Shown here: positions 12,601 through 23,618 of the stretch, piece by piece
Numbering within the stretch: position 1 is the first letter of the stretch
How the letters are laid out: the number at the start of each line of letters is the position of its first letter
Origin: Lytechinus pictus
Taxonomy: Eukaryota
Assembly: GCF_037042905.1 (NCBI RefSeq)
Contig: NC_087251.1
Span: forward strand, 8,992,001-9,056,000
Length of the DNA stretch: 64,000 nt
Direction: 5' to 3'
Notes under the pieces: model-generated
What the model was told of the DNA's origin: nothing
Database searches by the model: none
Seen by the model: only the letters and a program-made list of their open reading frames with translations
Translations under genes and position numbers: made by a program

Positions 12601-15086
12601 CAAGTGCAAAAAAAAAATAATTGTTTCGCACTGGTGAATGAGCGAGAGCCAAATTATCACACAAATTATCCTACATCTGTCAAGGCTGGCTTGGTGTATA
12701 TATATTAAAGATTGACAAAAGGCCTTGCTATAAGGCCATATTCTATGCTTGTACCATTTACTGATTCTTATTGACAATGAAGATGGTCAGTGGAAACAGA
12801 GCCAGGTATGCCTATTTCGTCAGTGGAACATGTAACAAAGAGAAGGAAGTTTTTGGTCAAGACCAGCTTTTTTTCTTGCTGGGAATATTCATAGGCTTAG
12901 GATATGACTAGCTGGAAATTTTGAAAATATTGTTTTAAAAGAGTAATTTTATTTATCATCTCTAAAATTCTAAACTGTAAAGTATTTTGTGTATTTTGAA
13001 TTGCAGATCCAATGGGATCAAGTTCTTAGCAGTCCCAGCCTAGTAAGAAGTATAAAGTCAACTAACAGTTTTACATCACCAAGAGTAACAATCTGATGAG
13101 GAATAGGATATCTGAACTGAAAACTTGCAAGGTATGCTTGTTTAAAAAAAAGACCCCTATATTTCCTTTTTTTTGGGGGGTGGGCGGAGGGCTACAGCAA
13201 CTTTTTCTGAATCATGTTATCCCATATAGTAAAGCTCCGTTGTACGTTAATATTTATTTGGATTCAGATTCACCAGTATTTCCATTCTCATCAATGCATA
13301 CTTATGATTCATGTCTCTTATCTATATTAGTCATACATGAAATCTCCTTAAAACTCTTTTACTCTGTAAACAGAAATAAAAAAGGACAAAATATTGAGAG
13401 TGATCTTATGATATATATTTGAATTAGTTTGCACACCTAATAAAAAAAGATCTATAAATAGTGATCAATGATTTTTATCTGGCTATAAATTATAGATTAC
13501 TACATGTGCATTATCTAAATAATATTGCATGGAAGAGTAGGACCTAATAAAAAGTTTTAAACTTCTTAATAAACTGGATAATTATATCAGCAGCTCATGT
13601 TGTTCTTTCTCTTTTTGTTTACCATGCAGGTTTTGCAGGCTGTTTGAGTACCACCAGTGTAGAATAAGAAGAAATATGGAGGCCAAGTTCATAACAAGTA
13701 GTTACTTTAAAAAAAAGTAGTTACTTAATCACAATTACACATTTTAAAAATTGAATGAATTTGAATACTGTCAATACATATTGAATGTTGCGTGAAATAC
13801 ACATTTTGTAGAAAAAATAACATTGGAGTATACATATTTAGGTCCATAGGTTCCACACAAGATTAAAATATTTTTCCAAATGGCACACCTACCCACCCTT
13901 TATTAATGTTCTAATCATCTACATGTAGTACTTATAGTAGTGAAAGAACTTTGAATAATATTAGTACTTTTAAAGGATAGGTTGTATTCTGGTAATATCA
14001 ACAATTCAGAATGGGTCTTTACTGAGGTCTGGGCTATTTAACATACATGCCTACAGACATAGATAAGACAATAAGACATAATGGGTTTTTATTGAAGCAG
14101 GTGCATACTACTAAAAAACAAGGTGACAGAACAAAGGACTAAGAAATCACTCTCACTCCTGGACCCCACTACTCTAACTTTACCATTCTGGTAATGGAAA
14201 CATTAAAGCAACATATCAACATTGGTGTTCCCATGCTAGTTGCTAGTTACATTTGGGGCCAATTTACCATAATTGAAGTCTTTATGAAACAAGAACCTGT
14301 ATGTAGTGCTGGACATTAAGCTGTTGAATTCATTTTTTTGGGGAAGTGAAACGTTGCACTATTTTTTTCGTTTTTAATCTCTTTGTTTTTGTAACACTGT
14401 ATTGTCCATGTCCCGTATTATGAACTAGATTAACTCTGCAAATAAAAAATATTGTTGGAAATAGAACACAGCTCTATCTGCACTTCACAACAATAGACGA
14501 TAAGCAACTTTGTTACCGATTTACTTATGTGCAGATTTGGGAAGGCACTCTGTGGAGAAATGTGGCAATATGCTCCCCTTTTTTGTGAAGTGCCCCCGAT
14601 TAGATTTAGCATGCTATTTGTTGTCAGCAAATGCTGGAAAAAAAATGATTTGATATTTGAGTAACTGAATTTGAGAGAGAGGTATATCGATAATCTTTTT
14701 ATTAATGGCATCCTTGATGACCCCTTATATTGACTATATATGAGGCTTATCAATAACTATGAAAGTGAATATACGTACTTATTTTTTTCCCGATTTTTTC
14801 TCTCTAGATTTTACAAAAAAATTACATCCCCTCTATTTTAATTTCCTTGCAATTTCTGTTGCACTCAATATGTATTTGGCTGATATAATGTAAAAAATTG
14901 ATTAATTAATAAACATTTTAATTTGAAATATTACCGATACTTTCTAATCTTGATATTCGTGATTTATCTAATCCACCAATTTATATGCGTGAAAGATATG
15001 TGATGATGATGTTATTGCTACCAAACTGTTGTGATTAAATGGCACTGAAGATTGCTTCTTTATGACTGGAATATGATGGTGCTACT

Positions 15087-15119
15087 GATTGATTGATTGA
15101 TTGATTGTTTGTTTGTTTG

Positions 15120-15154
<35 letters not shown>
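15087..15154. repeat. (GATT)n/(GTTT)n microsatellite
   Basis: Read directly from the sequence. Confidence 0.97.
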
Positions 15155-16220
15155 TTGAATGTCGGGTATCCATGGTATAATACTAGTACAGGTAAGAGTA
15201 TAACATTAAAGTATCAAAATACCATGCATGGCAAGGTAGCCCATATAAAGAGCCCATAACAGATAAATGAGTTAGATTCAAGAGTGGGATAGAAATAAAA
15301 ATGATATGAGAATAATGGTTTGCTCGCATAATTATGTGGAATGTGTGTGTGTGGAAGAAAGAGAGAGAGAGAGGGGGGGGGGGGTGGAATCGAAAGAGAG
15401 ATTTAGGGGGCGGGCAGGTACAAATTTTTATTTTATTTTTAAGTGACCTTTAAGATAGCCTTGATGAGAGCAAATACATGTGGGGGGGAGGGGGTACTGG
15501 GCTGTCTTTTGGACCTATCCCAAACTCAGATTTTTAAAAAATCTTCATAAGATTTGCACCAGATTGTTCATTTCAATTTCAAAATAAAGACAAAATGACC
15601 TGATTGCTCTCTATCTCAGATTTCTCTGATCATTTTAAGTATTTACCCCACCCACCCCCCCCCCCAAAAAAAACAACCAAACAAATAATTGTGGCTATTC
15701 ATGATGTGTGATGAAAATAATAGGCAGTGATGAACAAGCAGATCCCTAAGTTCAATCTTACTAATGAATCCCATGTCCCCTTGTAAGCTTCCATAATGTT
15801 TTCCAGGGAAATAGCTAGCAATTAAATAAATAAGTGAATTAATTGATGTACGTAGTAATAATCGCGACAGAAAAGAATTAAAACTATAAAGATGAATAAA
15901 CAACTGAATACCTTGGGGGGTGAACGGGGGAATGATCAATGACGTATTTACCAAAGACGCAGCTAGTATGAATTCATATTCAGTCACGTCGCGTATTATG
16001 CTAATTTGTGACAATATGCTTATTTGCATATTTTTACGCTGTGCGCGCAGGCCAATTATGACCACGCCTCCGTTTCGCTGGTGTGCCAAGAAGTTGCGGT
16101 GTCCATAGGCTTATACACGAAAAATGGGAGCAGTGTGCACTTTTGACCTTCCAAAATTTCCCCATGTCTGACCGGATGCAGAAGCGGAGTTTCACCCCCC
16201 TGCTCGATAGTGGCCATATC

Positions 16221-16964
16221 TTTGGTTAAAGAGTACAGAGATACGGAATATCAAATAGCGTTTAAAAAGGGGAAGCTGGGGGTGCACTTAAGGAAATGGG
16301 AACAAATCAATGCATACCTTTCTTAATACTATGGATGTATTGGTTGCTTCATTTTGTTTCTGTTTTGTTTATTTGTTCAAATACAGATAGTTGTACCAGA
16401 GCAGGATGCATTGTGTGTGGGTGTACGTGTGTAGATGGATGTGTGAGTTTTGTGACGGGGAAGAGGGGGGGGGGGAGCTGGGAGTAGTGGTGAGTTGAAG
16501 TGAGCTTGTGTGAGTGTCTGGGGAGAGAGATGAGGGGGGAGGGGGTATGGGGGTAAGGTGAGTGTGTAGGGACGTTTTAGGATAACCTTCGTCTAATTAA
16601 CCTTTAAAATAATATTTTATCCTTTTACAATTAATCTTGTACAATTAATATGTGCAAAAGAGATTATTTCTATTCTATTCAGGGAAAAAGTCATTTTTTA
16701 CAAAGTACGTTTTTTTTTTTTTTTTGTCGATTGATACGGGTTTTTCCCCTCTGCTTTCACATTGTTATAGAAGAGAAATTTTGCAGTTTAATTTCATTTG
16801 TAATCATTTTAAAAATATTCGTAATCTGATTGATATTGATATATTTATTTGTTTGATTGTTTATTGATTGTATACATACAAAGAATATTTATTTATATGA
16901 ATTGTGATTGTAAACTTATTGATTTGAAAGAGGAAGAAAATAAAATATTATTTAAAAAAAATAT
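16221..16964 (+). mobile_element. 5'-truncated L1/Tx1-type LINE: ORF2 C-terminus plus 3' UTR
   Basis: VKEYRDTEYQIAFKKGKLGVHLRKWEQINAYLS* (stop 16324-16326) resembles the C-terminus of the 21555-21842 ORF. It has a G-rich 3' UTR, AATAAA and an A tail. Possible ATATC TSD (16216-16220 / 16965-16969). The UTR is nearly identical to 26012-26625 inverted. Confidence 0.82.
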
Positions 16965-17032
16965 ATATCGCGCTTGCCTATGGGAATTCCCCTCTCGCTC
17001 TTTATGCCCCACAAATAATATTATCATCTATA

Positions 17033-17655
17033 CAGTGCGTATCAAAAATGCTCGTTTTCACGCTGTGTAAAGGGGAAAGGGCGAAATCAAACTTACCCTT
17101 CGAAACATTTCTCATCCATTTCCCTTGCACTTTTAGTCAATTGAAATAAAACGGATACATTCAAGCATGTTCAACAATTTTGCCCCCCAAATTGAACCTT
17201 TACCCTTTTTTGTGCCAGCTGGATCTGAGGACATAACTGAATCTGAAAAGAAGTTTATATCGACGTCTCCAGCATTTTTTCACTAAGTTTGTATCATTTA
17301 AAGTGGGTTTACATTTCATTTTTCATTTAATACTAGTCTTGTTTCTCCACACTTTTCCCAAGCTTGACAATGATTAACAAAATGAAAATGAAGCCTAAGC
17401 CATTTCATGTAAATCACAGCTCAGTGTAAAGCAAATATCGTCACGAAGGCCTCGGTGTGTGGGGGAGTGGAGTGGGGCGCAATGCACTCTTCGAAGTGTT
17501 TTGGGCAAGGAAACAACTTTAAACAGGTACAAGATATCGTCAAATCAATTTTACTAGCTAAATTCCACGTGTTCTTCATGATTAAAGTCTACTTTTATTA
17601 CAAATATATAATTTTACAGGATTTTATCTAAGTGTAATTTTTTTGATACGCACTG
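17033..17655. mobile_element. Tc1/mariner-type MITE
   Basis: TA|CAGTGCGTATCAAAAA ... TTTTTGATACGCACTG|TA. Confidence 0.9.
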
Positions 17656-17900
17656 TATAGAGTGTTCTTGTGATGCAATAAAACGCGTATTTTGGTCTGC
17701 ACCAATTGCCCGTGCAGTATCAGAGAGTATCCCTAAAACGGACCGAAATCCGACGAATATCCCATAGGCTCCTGTACAAAATTTGCTATTGAATATGAGA
17801 GCATATTCAACAGTTTAGGGCACGTGCGCGAATGTGTGAAATATACAACGCGTACAGCAATGAAAGCAATGTAATGCGCAGCATAGATCACATGCACAAT

Positions 17901-18932
17901 TACCGTGTTTACACGCTGCATAAGAAAAAGCCGATTCTGCATCGGCTATTTTTGTTGCGTGTAAACGCGATTAACTTGCATCGGCTCTCGGTTTAGAACC
18001 ACATGCCGATGCAGAATCGTTTTTTTTTATGCAGCGTGTAAACAGAAAGCCGATTCTGCATCGGCAATTGGCGCGCATTTCATTTACTTTACCATTATGA
18101 CGTACTTTCAAAGCGCACAGATCCAGCGTTGTCTTTATTTACCGTGTTTACACTTAATCGGCATTTGAATCGGCTCGCGGTTCTGAACCGCGAGCCGATT
18201 CAGCATCGGCTTTTTCATAGCGTGTAAACGCGAGCAACTTGAATCGGCTCGCGGTTCAGAACCGGCAATTTGCACCACCAAAGTAGTAGGTTCTGAACCG
18301 CGAGCCGATGCAGAATCGGCTTTTTTACTACGTGTAAACAGAAAGCCGATTCTGCACCGGCAATTTGTGCGCATTTCAATTACTTTACCATTGTGACGTA
18401 ATTGTAAGCGCACTGATCCAGCGTTGTCTTTATTATGACGTATATTGTAGGTATGCGTATCATTTCAGGTTTTTGCATCGGCTCGCGGTTCTGAACCGCG
18501 AGCTGTAACAACGTGTAAACGCAATCCAAATGCCGATTCTGCATCGGCATTTGGTTCAGAACCAATTGCCGATTAAGTGTAAACACGGTAATTATGACGT
18601 ATATTGTTGGTGCGCGTATCATTTCAGGTTTTTGCTACGCGAGCCGATTCTGCACCGCGAGCTGTAACAGCGTGTAAACGCGGTGCAAGATAAACCAAAA
18701 GCCGATTCTGCATCGGCTTTTGGGCTTTTGGTTCTGAACCAAAAGCCGGGGAGCGTTTCATGAAAGTTGTCAGCACTGACAAGTTGGCTTTCTGCGGCAG
18801 TTACCATGGCAACAGTCAGAGGCAAGTACCTCACAGCCAATCCAAACCAAGGATTTCACTGAAATTGTCAGCACCGACAATTTAGTCAGTGCTGACAACT
18901 TTCATGAAACAACCCCACATGTAAACACGGTA
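17901..18932. mobile_element. MITE with TACCGTGTTTACA TIR and AAT TSD, containing a nested relative (18140-18590, ATT TSD) and a third MITE (~18748-18916)
   Basis: AAT|TACCGTGTTTACAC...TGTAAACACGGTA|AAT. Inner element ATT|TACCGTGTTTACACTTAATCGGCA...TGCCGATTAAGTGTAAACACGGTA|ATT. Third element has GTTTCATGAAAGTTGTCAGCACTGAC inverted arms. Confidence 0.88.
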
Positions 18933-20059
18933 AATTATGCTCAATGACGTCATAATGAACTACATGTAAGTCGCATGTCAATGACCAAAATTGATCCGAA
19001 AGTGATAAGTGATATATGACTTGTTAAATCAAATTTCTCCCTCTTTTTTTTAGGGGGGGGGGGTTGTATAGATGATAATAATTATATTGGATGGCTTTAT
19101 TTCATGAAATACCAAAAATATTCCACTCGTAGACGTTAGGGCCAATATTCCACTCATCTGCGATTCAACGAATATTTTTACCAAACTCTTGGAATATTTC
19201 TGGTATTCCATTCTGAGCCATCCAATATTATATAAATATTCAATAATCCACACATTAAAAACGATCCGTTTTGGGTCAGGTTACTGTCACATAACTACCC
19301 ATGGGACCCTGTTATTGATTCGGCGATAAATCTTTATTGTCCGACGGATGTATACATTGTTTTAGATTTAATGATCAGCAAATTAGAACGGTCTGTATCA
19401 AGATAATTCGAATCATATATAACTTTATCCCCCAAAATATATTACAAGTACCTTTTCCGAACCATGTTGTTGAGTAAAACTCATTTTTTACCTATATTTC
19501 GCATAATTATGTTTGCTTTTTAAATCACGAGCACTGATGAGCAGCGAAAAAAAAGACACATTTCTTACTAATTTGTAATATTTTATGGCTTAAAGTTTAT
19601 AATGTTTTTTTTTTTCTCGCTGTTTCCCCCCCCCCCCCCATTTTCTTTTTTATTATTATTTTTTGGGGATAGGGGCGGACACCGGGCTCTATACTTGTTG
19701 TTTAAATGATAGAATAAAATATTTCAAAGATAAAAATTTCCTCAGAATACCACCCCAGTTCTAGTATTTCGTGTGCTAGTACATAAAAATATGGCGACTG
19801 TGGCAAATGAAAAAAAAAATCCATGAGAAATATCATATGTGCGCAAGGTTAAGGTGCGCCGCCAAAATATGCGGGGATGTGGCGGGGGCAAGACTACCTA
19901 AAGTTGACGTCACATTTTTCTTAATTAAATTATGGGATACAGAGAGTTGCACTCCCCAGATCTTTCCACTTTTTTATCCTCTCCTACTTCCTCCTTTCTT
20001 AATATTTTTAGTTTTCTCCTGTCTTTTCATGATCGATTATGGTGCGCGTGTGTAGCTAG

Positions 20060-20071
20060 CGCGCATGCGCA
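20060..20071. promoter_or_regulatory. NRF1/P3A2-type palindromic motif in a CpG-rich promoter-like patch
   Basis: CGCGCATGCGCA versus consensus YGCGCAYGCGCR. A TGACGTCA (CRE) lies at 19905-19912 and a GT|gtaagt donor at 20543/20544. Motif match only. Confidence 0.4.
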
Positions 20072-20735
20072 CGAATATGACGACGACGTGTGTATGCAGC
20101 GCAAAGCTGTGTTTTTAATACCAACAAAGTTTCAAACAAAGACAGGCATTCAAAAAACTTAATTGAAAAGATCTTGACTTGGATCTAACGTTCCACCGCA
20201 CTATGATTATAGAGATCAAATTACAGATTTCATGGATCTATTCGGGTCTCAGCCCCTGCTCTGCTCAACCACAAATCTACATTCTGGCACCACTAACGTT
20301 TAACCGGTAGTTACGGCCGGGTCTACGCGCAACAAAGTCAATGCCTGCATGGAATCAACGGATCCGAAGGTTGTGAAAAAATTTTTCCCGTTTGATGTTA
20401 GGGCCTAACTTTATTCTTTTGCCTTGGCTTTGCCTTTGGTCGAACTGTGGATCTAGAAACTGAATTACGGTATATGCAGACAAGCAAACGACATGCTACC
20501 ATTATGAGCAACCTTCAAAGTCAACAAAATAAAGATGCCGAGTGTAAGTACGAAAACGTAACGTTAGGGCCTATGATGATTTCTAACAGTTAGATCTAAC
20601 GTTAGGCTAGCCTAGCCTAGGCTAGGGCATGGCTAGGTCTAGGACCTAGAAATCATAGGCCCTACGTTTTCGGACGGGTGAAGCTATTCTTAATGATGTA
20701 ATTAAGAATTGGGGTGATTTTTTCTTTATAATATA

Positions 20736-21346
20736 CCGTATGGGTACTAGTATTCAACCCGGCGTAATTCAAAGATTTTGACATATTCCCCAAAATATTT
20801 AGAAATAGGGAATTTATCTTAATTTCACACCTTTGTTATTTCCAGGGTAATCTGTTGTCGATATTTTCTTTGTCAATCTGTCAACTGTATGCGCGGAGGA
20901 TCGAATTATGCGGGAATGGCCTTTTGCACTGAATGGTACTAGTATTCAACCTAGTGAGGATTGATAGCAAATCTCAAAAGGGTTTAGATTGCTAAATTAG
21001 ATCTAGATCTATGTAAATCTCTGGCTTTGATTAATTCCCTGTTTGGTCTCATCTCAAATGGTCTAGTCCATAGTCGGATGGGACAAGGGCAGATTGAGAG
21101 ATAGGGCCATCTTTCATCGCTAGGTTGAATACTAGTGCCGACGGGTTGAATACTAGTACCAAAATCCGTCGCCGTATAATTCGATCGCCCGCGCACACAG
21201 TCAACTGGTTGAAGAAAAAAATAACGGAAAAAGAATAACCAGCATTTGCTCTTAGAAATAAGACGGGTCTGAAATTCAGGTAAATTCTATATTTCTATAT
21301 ATTTGAGGAAACTCTCCAAACGGGTTGAATACTAGTGCCCTTACGG
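20736..21346. mobile_element. Tc2/pogo-like MITE (CCGTA termini, TA TSD)
   Basis: TA|CCGTATGGGTACTAGTATTCAACCCG ... CGGGTTGAATACTAGTGCCCTTACGG|TA (24/26 match). The ACTAGTATTCAACC motif is repeated internally at ~20938, 21123 and 21144. Confidence 0.9.
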
Positions 21347-21389
21347 TATCATGAGTAAATTCTAAGTTTGTTTTTTGTCTCAATATAAA

Positions 21390-22085
21390 ATAAACACAAG
21401 AACACTCCTCTTTTAAATAAAAGATTATAATTTATTAAAATGAAAATTGTAGAATCTGAATTATGAAATATGCACCTTTTGTAAACTAGAGGCGGAAACA
21501 ACAGAGCATCTTTTTACAGAATGTCAGCATGCATGTACCTTTTGGGAAGAGTTTTTGAAATGGTGGTACACAAAATCTGATATTAATTTACAACTAAATG
21601 ATGAAGATATTTTGTTTGGTATATCAGATGGAAGACCACATAAATTACTTTTGAATCAATGCTTAGTTGTAGCTAAACAAATGATTTATACATGCAGACA
21701 TTTGAATATTTCACCGTCTTTTGATTTGTTCTTTGTAAAGCTGAAACGAATATACAAAATAGAAAAACAAATTGGCATTCAGAATAAACAATTATCTAAG
21801 TTCGAAAAGAAATGGAAAATTCTACATTCCTCTTTCATATAATATTTTGGGCAGCTTGATAGAAAACGAAATCAAATGTGATGTTATAACCATTCAATCC
21901 TGAAATGTTTTCTATTTATTTTTTAATTTTTTCCCCCTTTTTTATTATGCTTCGTTTTGTATTTTATTTCAATTTGTATATAATATGTACAATGTATAAT
22001 GATTATGTTTGTTATATGTACCGTATATAAAGTTATAAAATAAAAAAAAATCATTGAAAGAAAAAAAAGGATGAAAAAAAAAAAA
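21390..22085 (+). mobile_element. Degenerate 3' end of an L1/Tx1-type LINE (CCHC zinc knuckle, ORF2 C-terminus, A-rich tail)
   Basis: CTFCKLEAETTEHLFTEC (CX2CX7HX4C) from 21471 continues in frame into ORF 21555-21842 (...IEKQIGIQNKQLSKFEKKW...). Poly-A near 22074-22085. Confidence 0.85.
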
Positions 22086-23084
22086 TATCTGCACTCTGTG
22101 TGTGGTCGGGTGTTTCTGCTGTGTGTGTGTTGTGACACAGAGCCTATTGGGAATGGGAGCATTATTTGGCTGAATTACATTCGAAATTCATTTGATTATA
22201 TAATTTACTAAAAAACCGATTCATGGATTACAATGAAATTTGGTAGATTTCTATTTTGCACTAAATAGGCCTAGGGCAACCGCATACCATAATTTTTTTC
22301 AATTCTGTTTTTTATGACATTAATATTCAACATTTGTACTGATAATTGTATTTTTGTTTTAGTCCAATTATGCTTAAGTGTCCGATATTTACCAAATTGG
22401 GCCTAAGTGGTCTCCCTAAGAAGTTAGGCCTAGATCTAGGCCTAGATTTATATCTAGATAGGCCGAGGCGTAAATACAGTTAGGGCGGTATTTTATAGAT
22501 GGCAAATATAGCGATCTTCAACGCTAAATCTAGATTTAGTCTGAATATGGGTTAAAATATAGACTCTAGAATCTAGTTCATTTCAGTTCCATGTATCTAG
22601 ATCTATATTCAAACCAGTAAGTCAGCAAGATGCAGCATCATAAAATCATTAGAAATGACTTATTTAGGCCTAGGCTATATAGGGCCTAGACCAAATATTT
22701 AACGGAGTTAAGCTGAACAACTATGCATTGTAACAACAGAGACCGAATCTTTTGGTCTAGATATACCAAGGAGTAACTCCTTGGACATACCCAGTGAATT
22801 TTTCAGTGGGGGTGCGGACATGGGCTGAAAAGGTGGGGGGGGGGGGGGACACAATTGAGTTTTCCATAGTTGTTTTATATACACACTTATTCAAGGGCAC
22901 CCCCGATATATACAATCACTACTTACCTTTATTCTTATAAAAGAAACTAGACATTAAATATGCGAGTGCGAAGCGCGAGCTAATTTTTTTTTTGAAATTG
23001 AAGTATTTTGTCCTGAAAATTGAACGTTTTGGGCAATATTTGTGATCCTGAACAAGATAATTATAGTGGAGCGGTTATGTGACA

Positions 23085-23550
23085 AAAAATGGCCAAGATG
23101 CTCGGATCTGGCAGAAAGTGTGAAATTTGGCAAACAGGGGTATTTTTGGGCGCTCATTTAAAAAATTGCCGGCCCCAAGCGATTTGACCATCGAGTCGGC
23201 CGCCATTTTGAAATCCAAGATGGCCGCCATGAAAAATCATTAAATGTCATTTTCTTGAGTTTTACATGGCATGTGACACTGAATTTTGGCATGTAGGGGT
23301 ATTTTGAGGCACTGATTTCAAATATTGCTGGCCCCCAGGAATTTGACAATTTGGTCGGCGACTAAATGGCCGCCATCTTGAAATCCAAGATGGCCGCCAT
23401 GATATATTATTGCAATCATTTCTCGAGTTTTATATGAACTGCGGTATTGAAATTTGGCATATAGGTTTAATTTTGGGCGCTGATTTCAAATATTGCCGGC
23501 CTCAAGCGATTTGACCATCGGGTCAGCCGCCATTTGAAATCCAAGATGTA
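23085..23550. repeat. Tandem ~180-bp repeat with GGCCGCCATTTTGAAATCCAAGATGGCCGCCAT core (about 3 copies)
   Basis: The core is seen at ~23198, ~23368 and ~23526. Confidence 0.8.
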
Positions 23551-23618
23551 CTCATAAAATAGTAAGTTGGCTAAATGGCAATTAGACCAAAGAGTTAGTA
23601 GGGCATACTGGTTATATA

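Noticed and set aside
15918..16220. Octamer (ATTTGCAT) and CCAAT motifs suggesting a histone or snRNA promoter
   Set aside because: No histone ORF or snRNA sequence follows. The segment shares motifs with repeat-like sequence at 11.1 and 17.75 kb.
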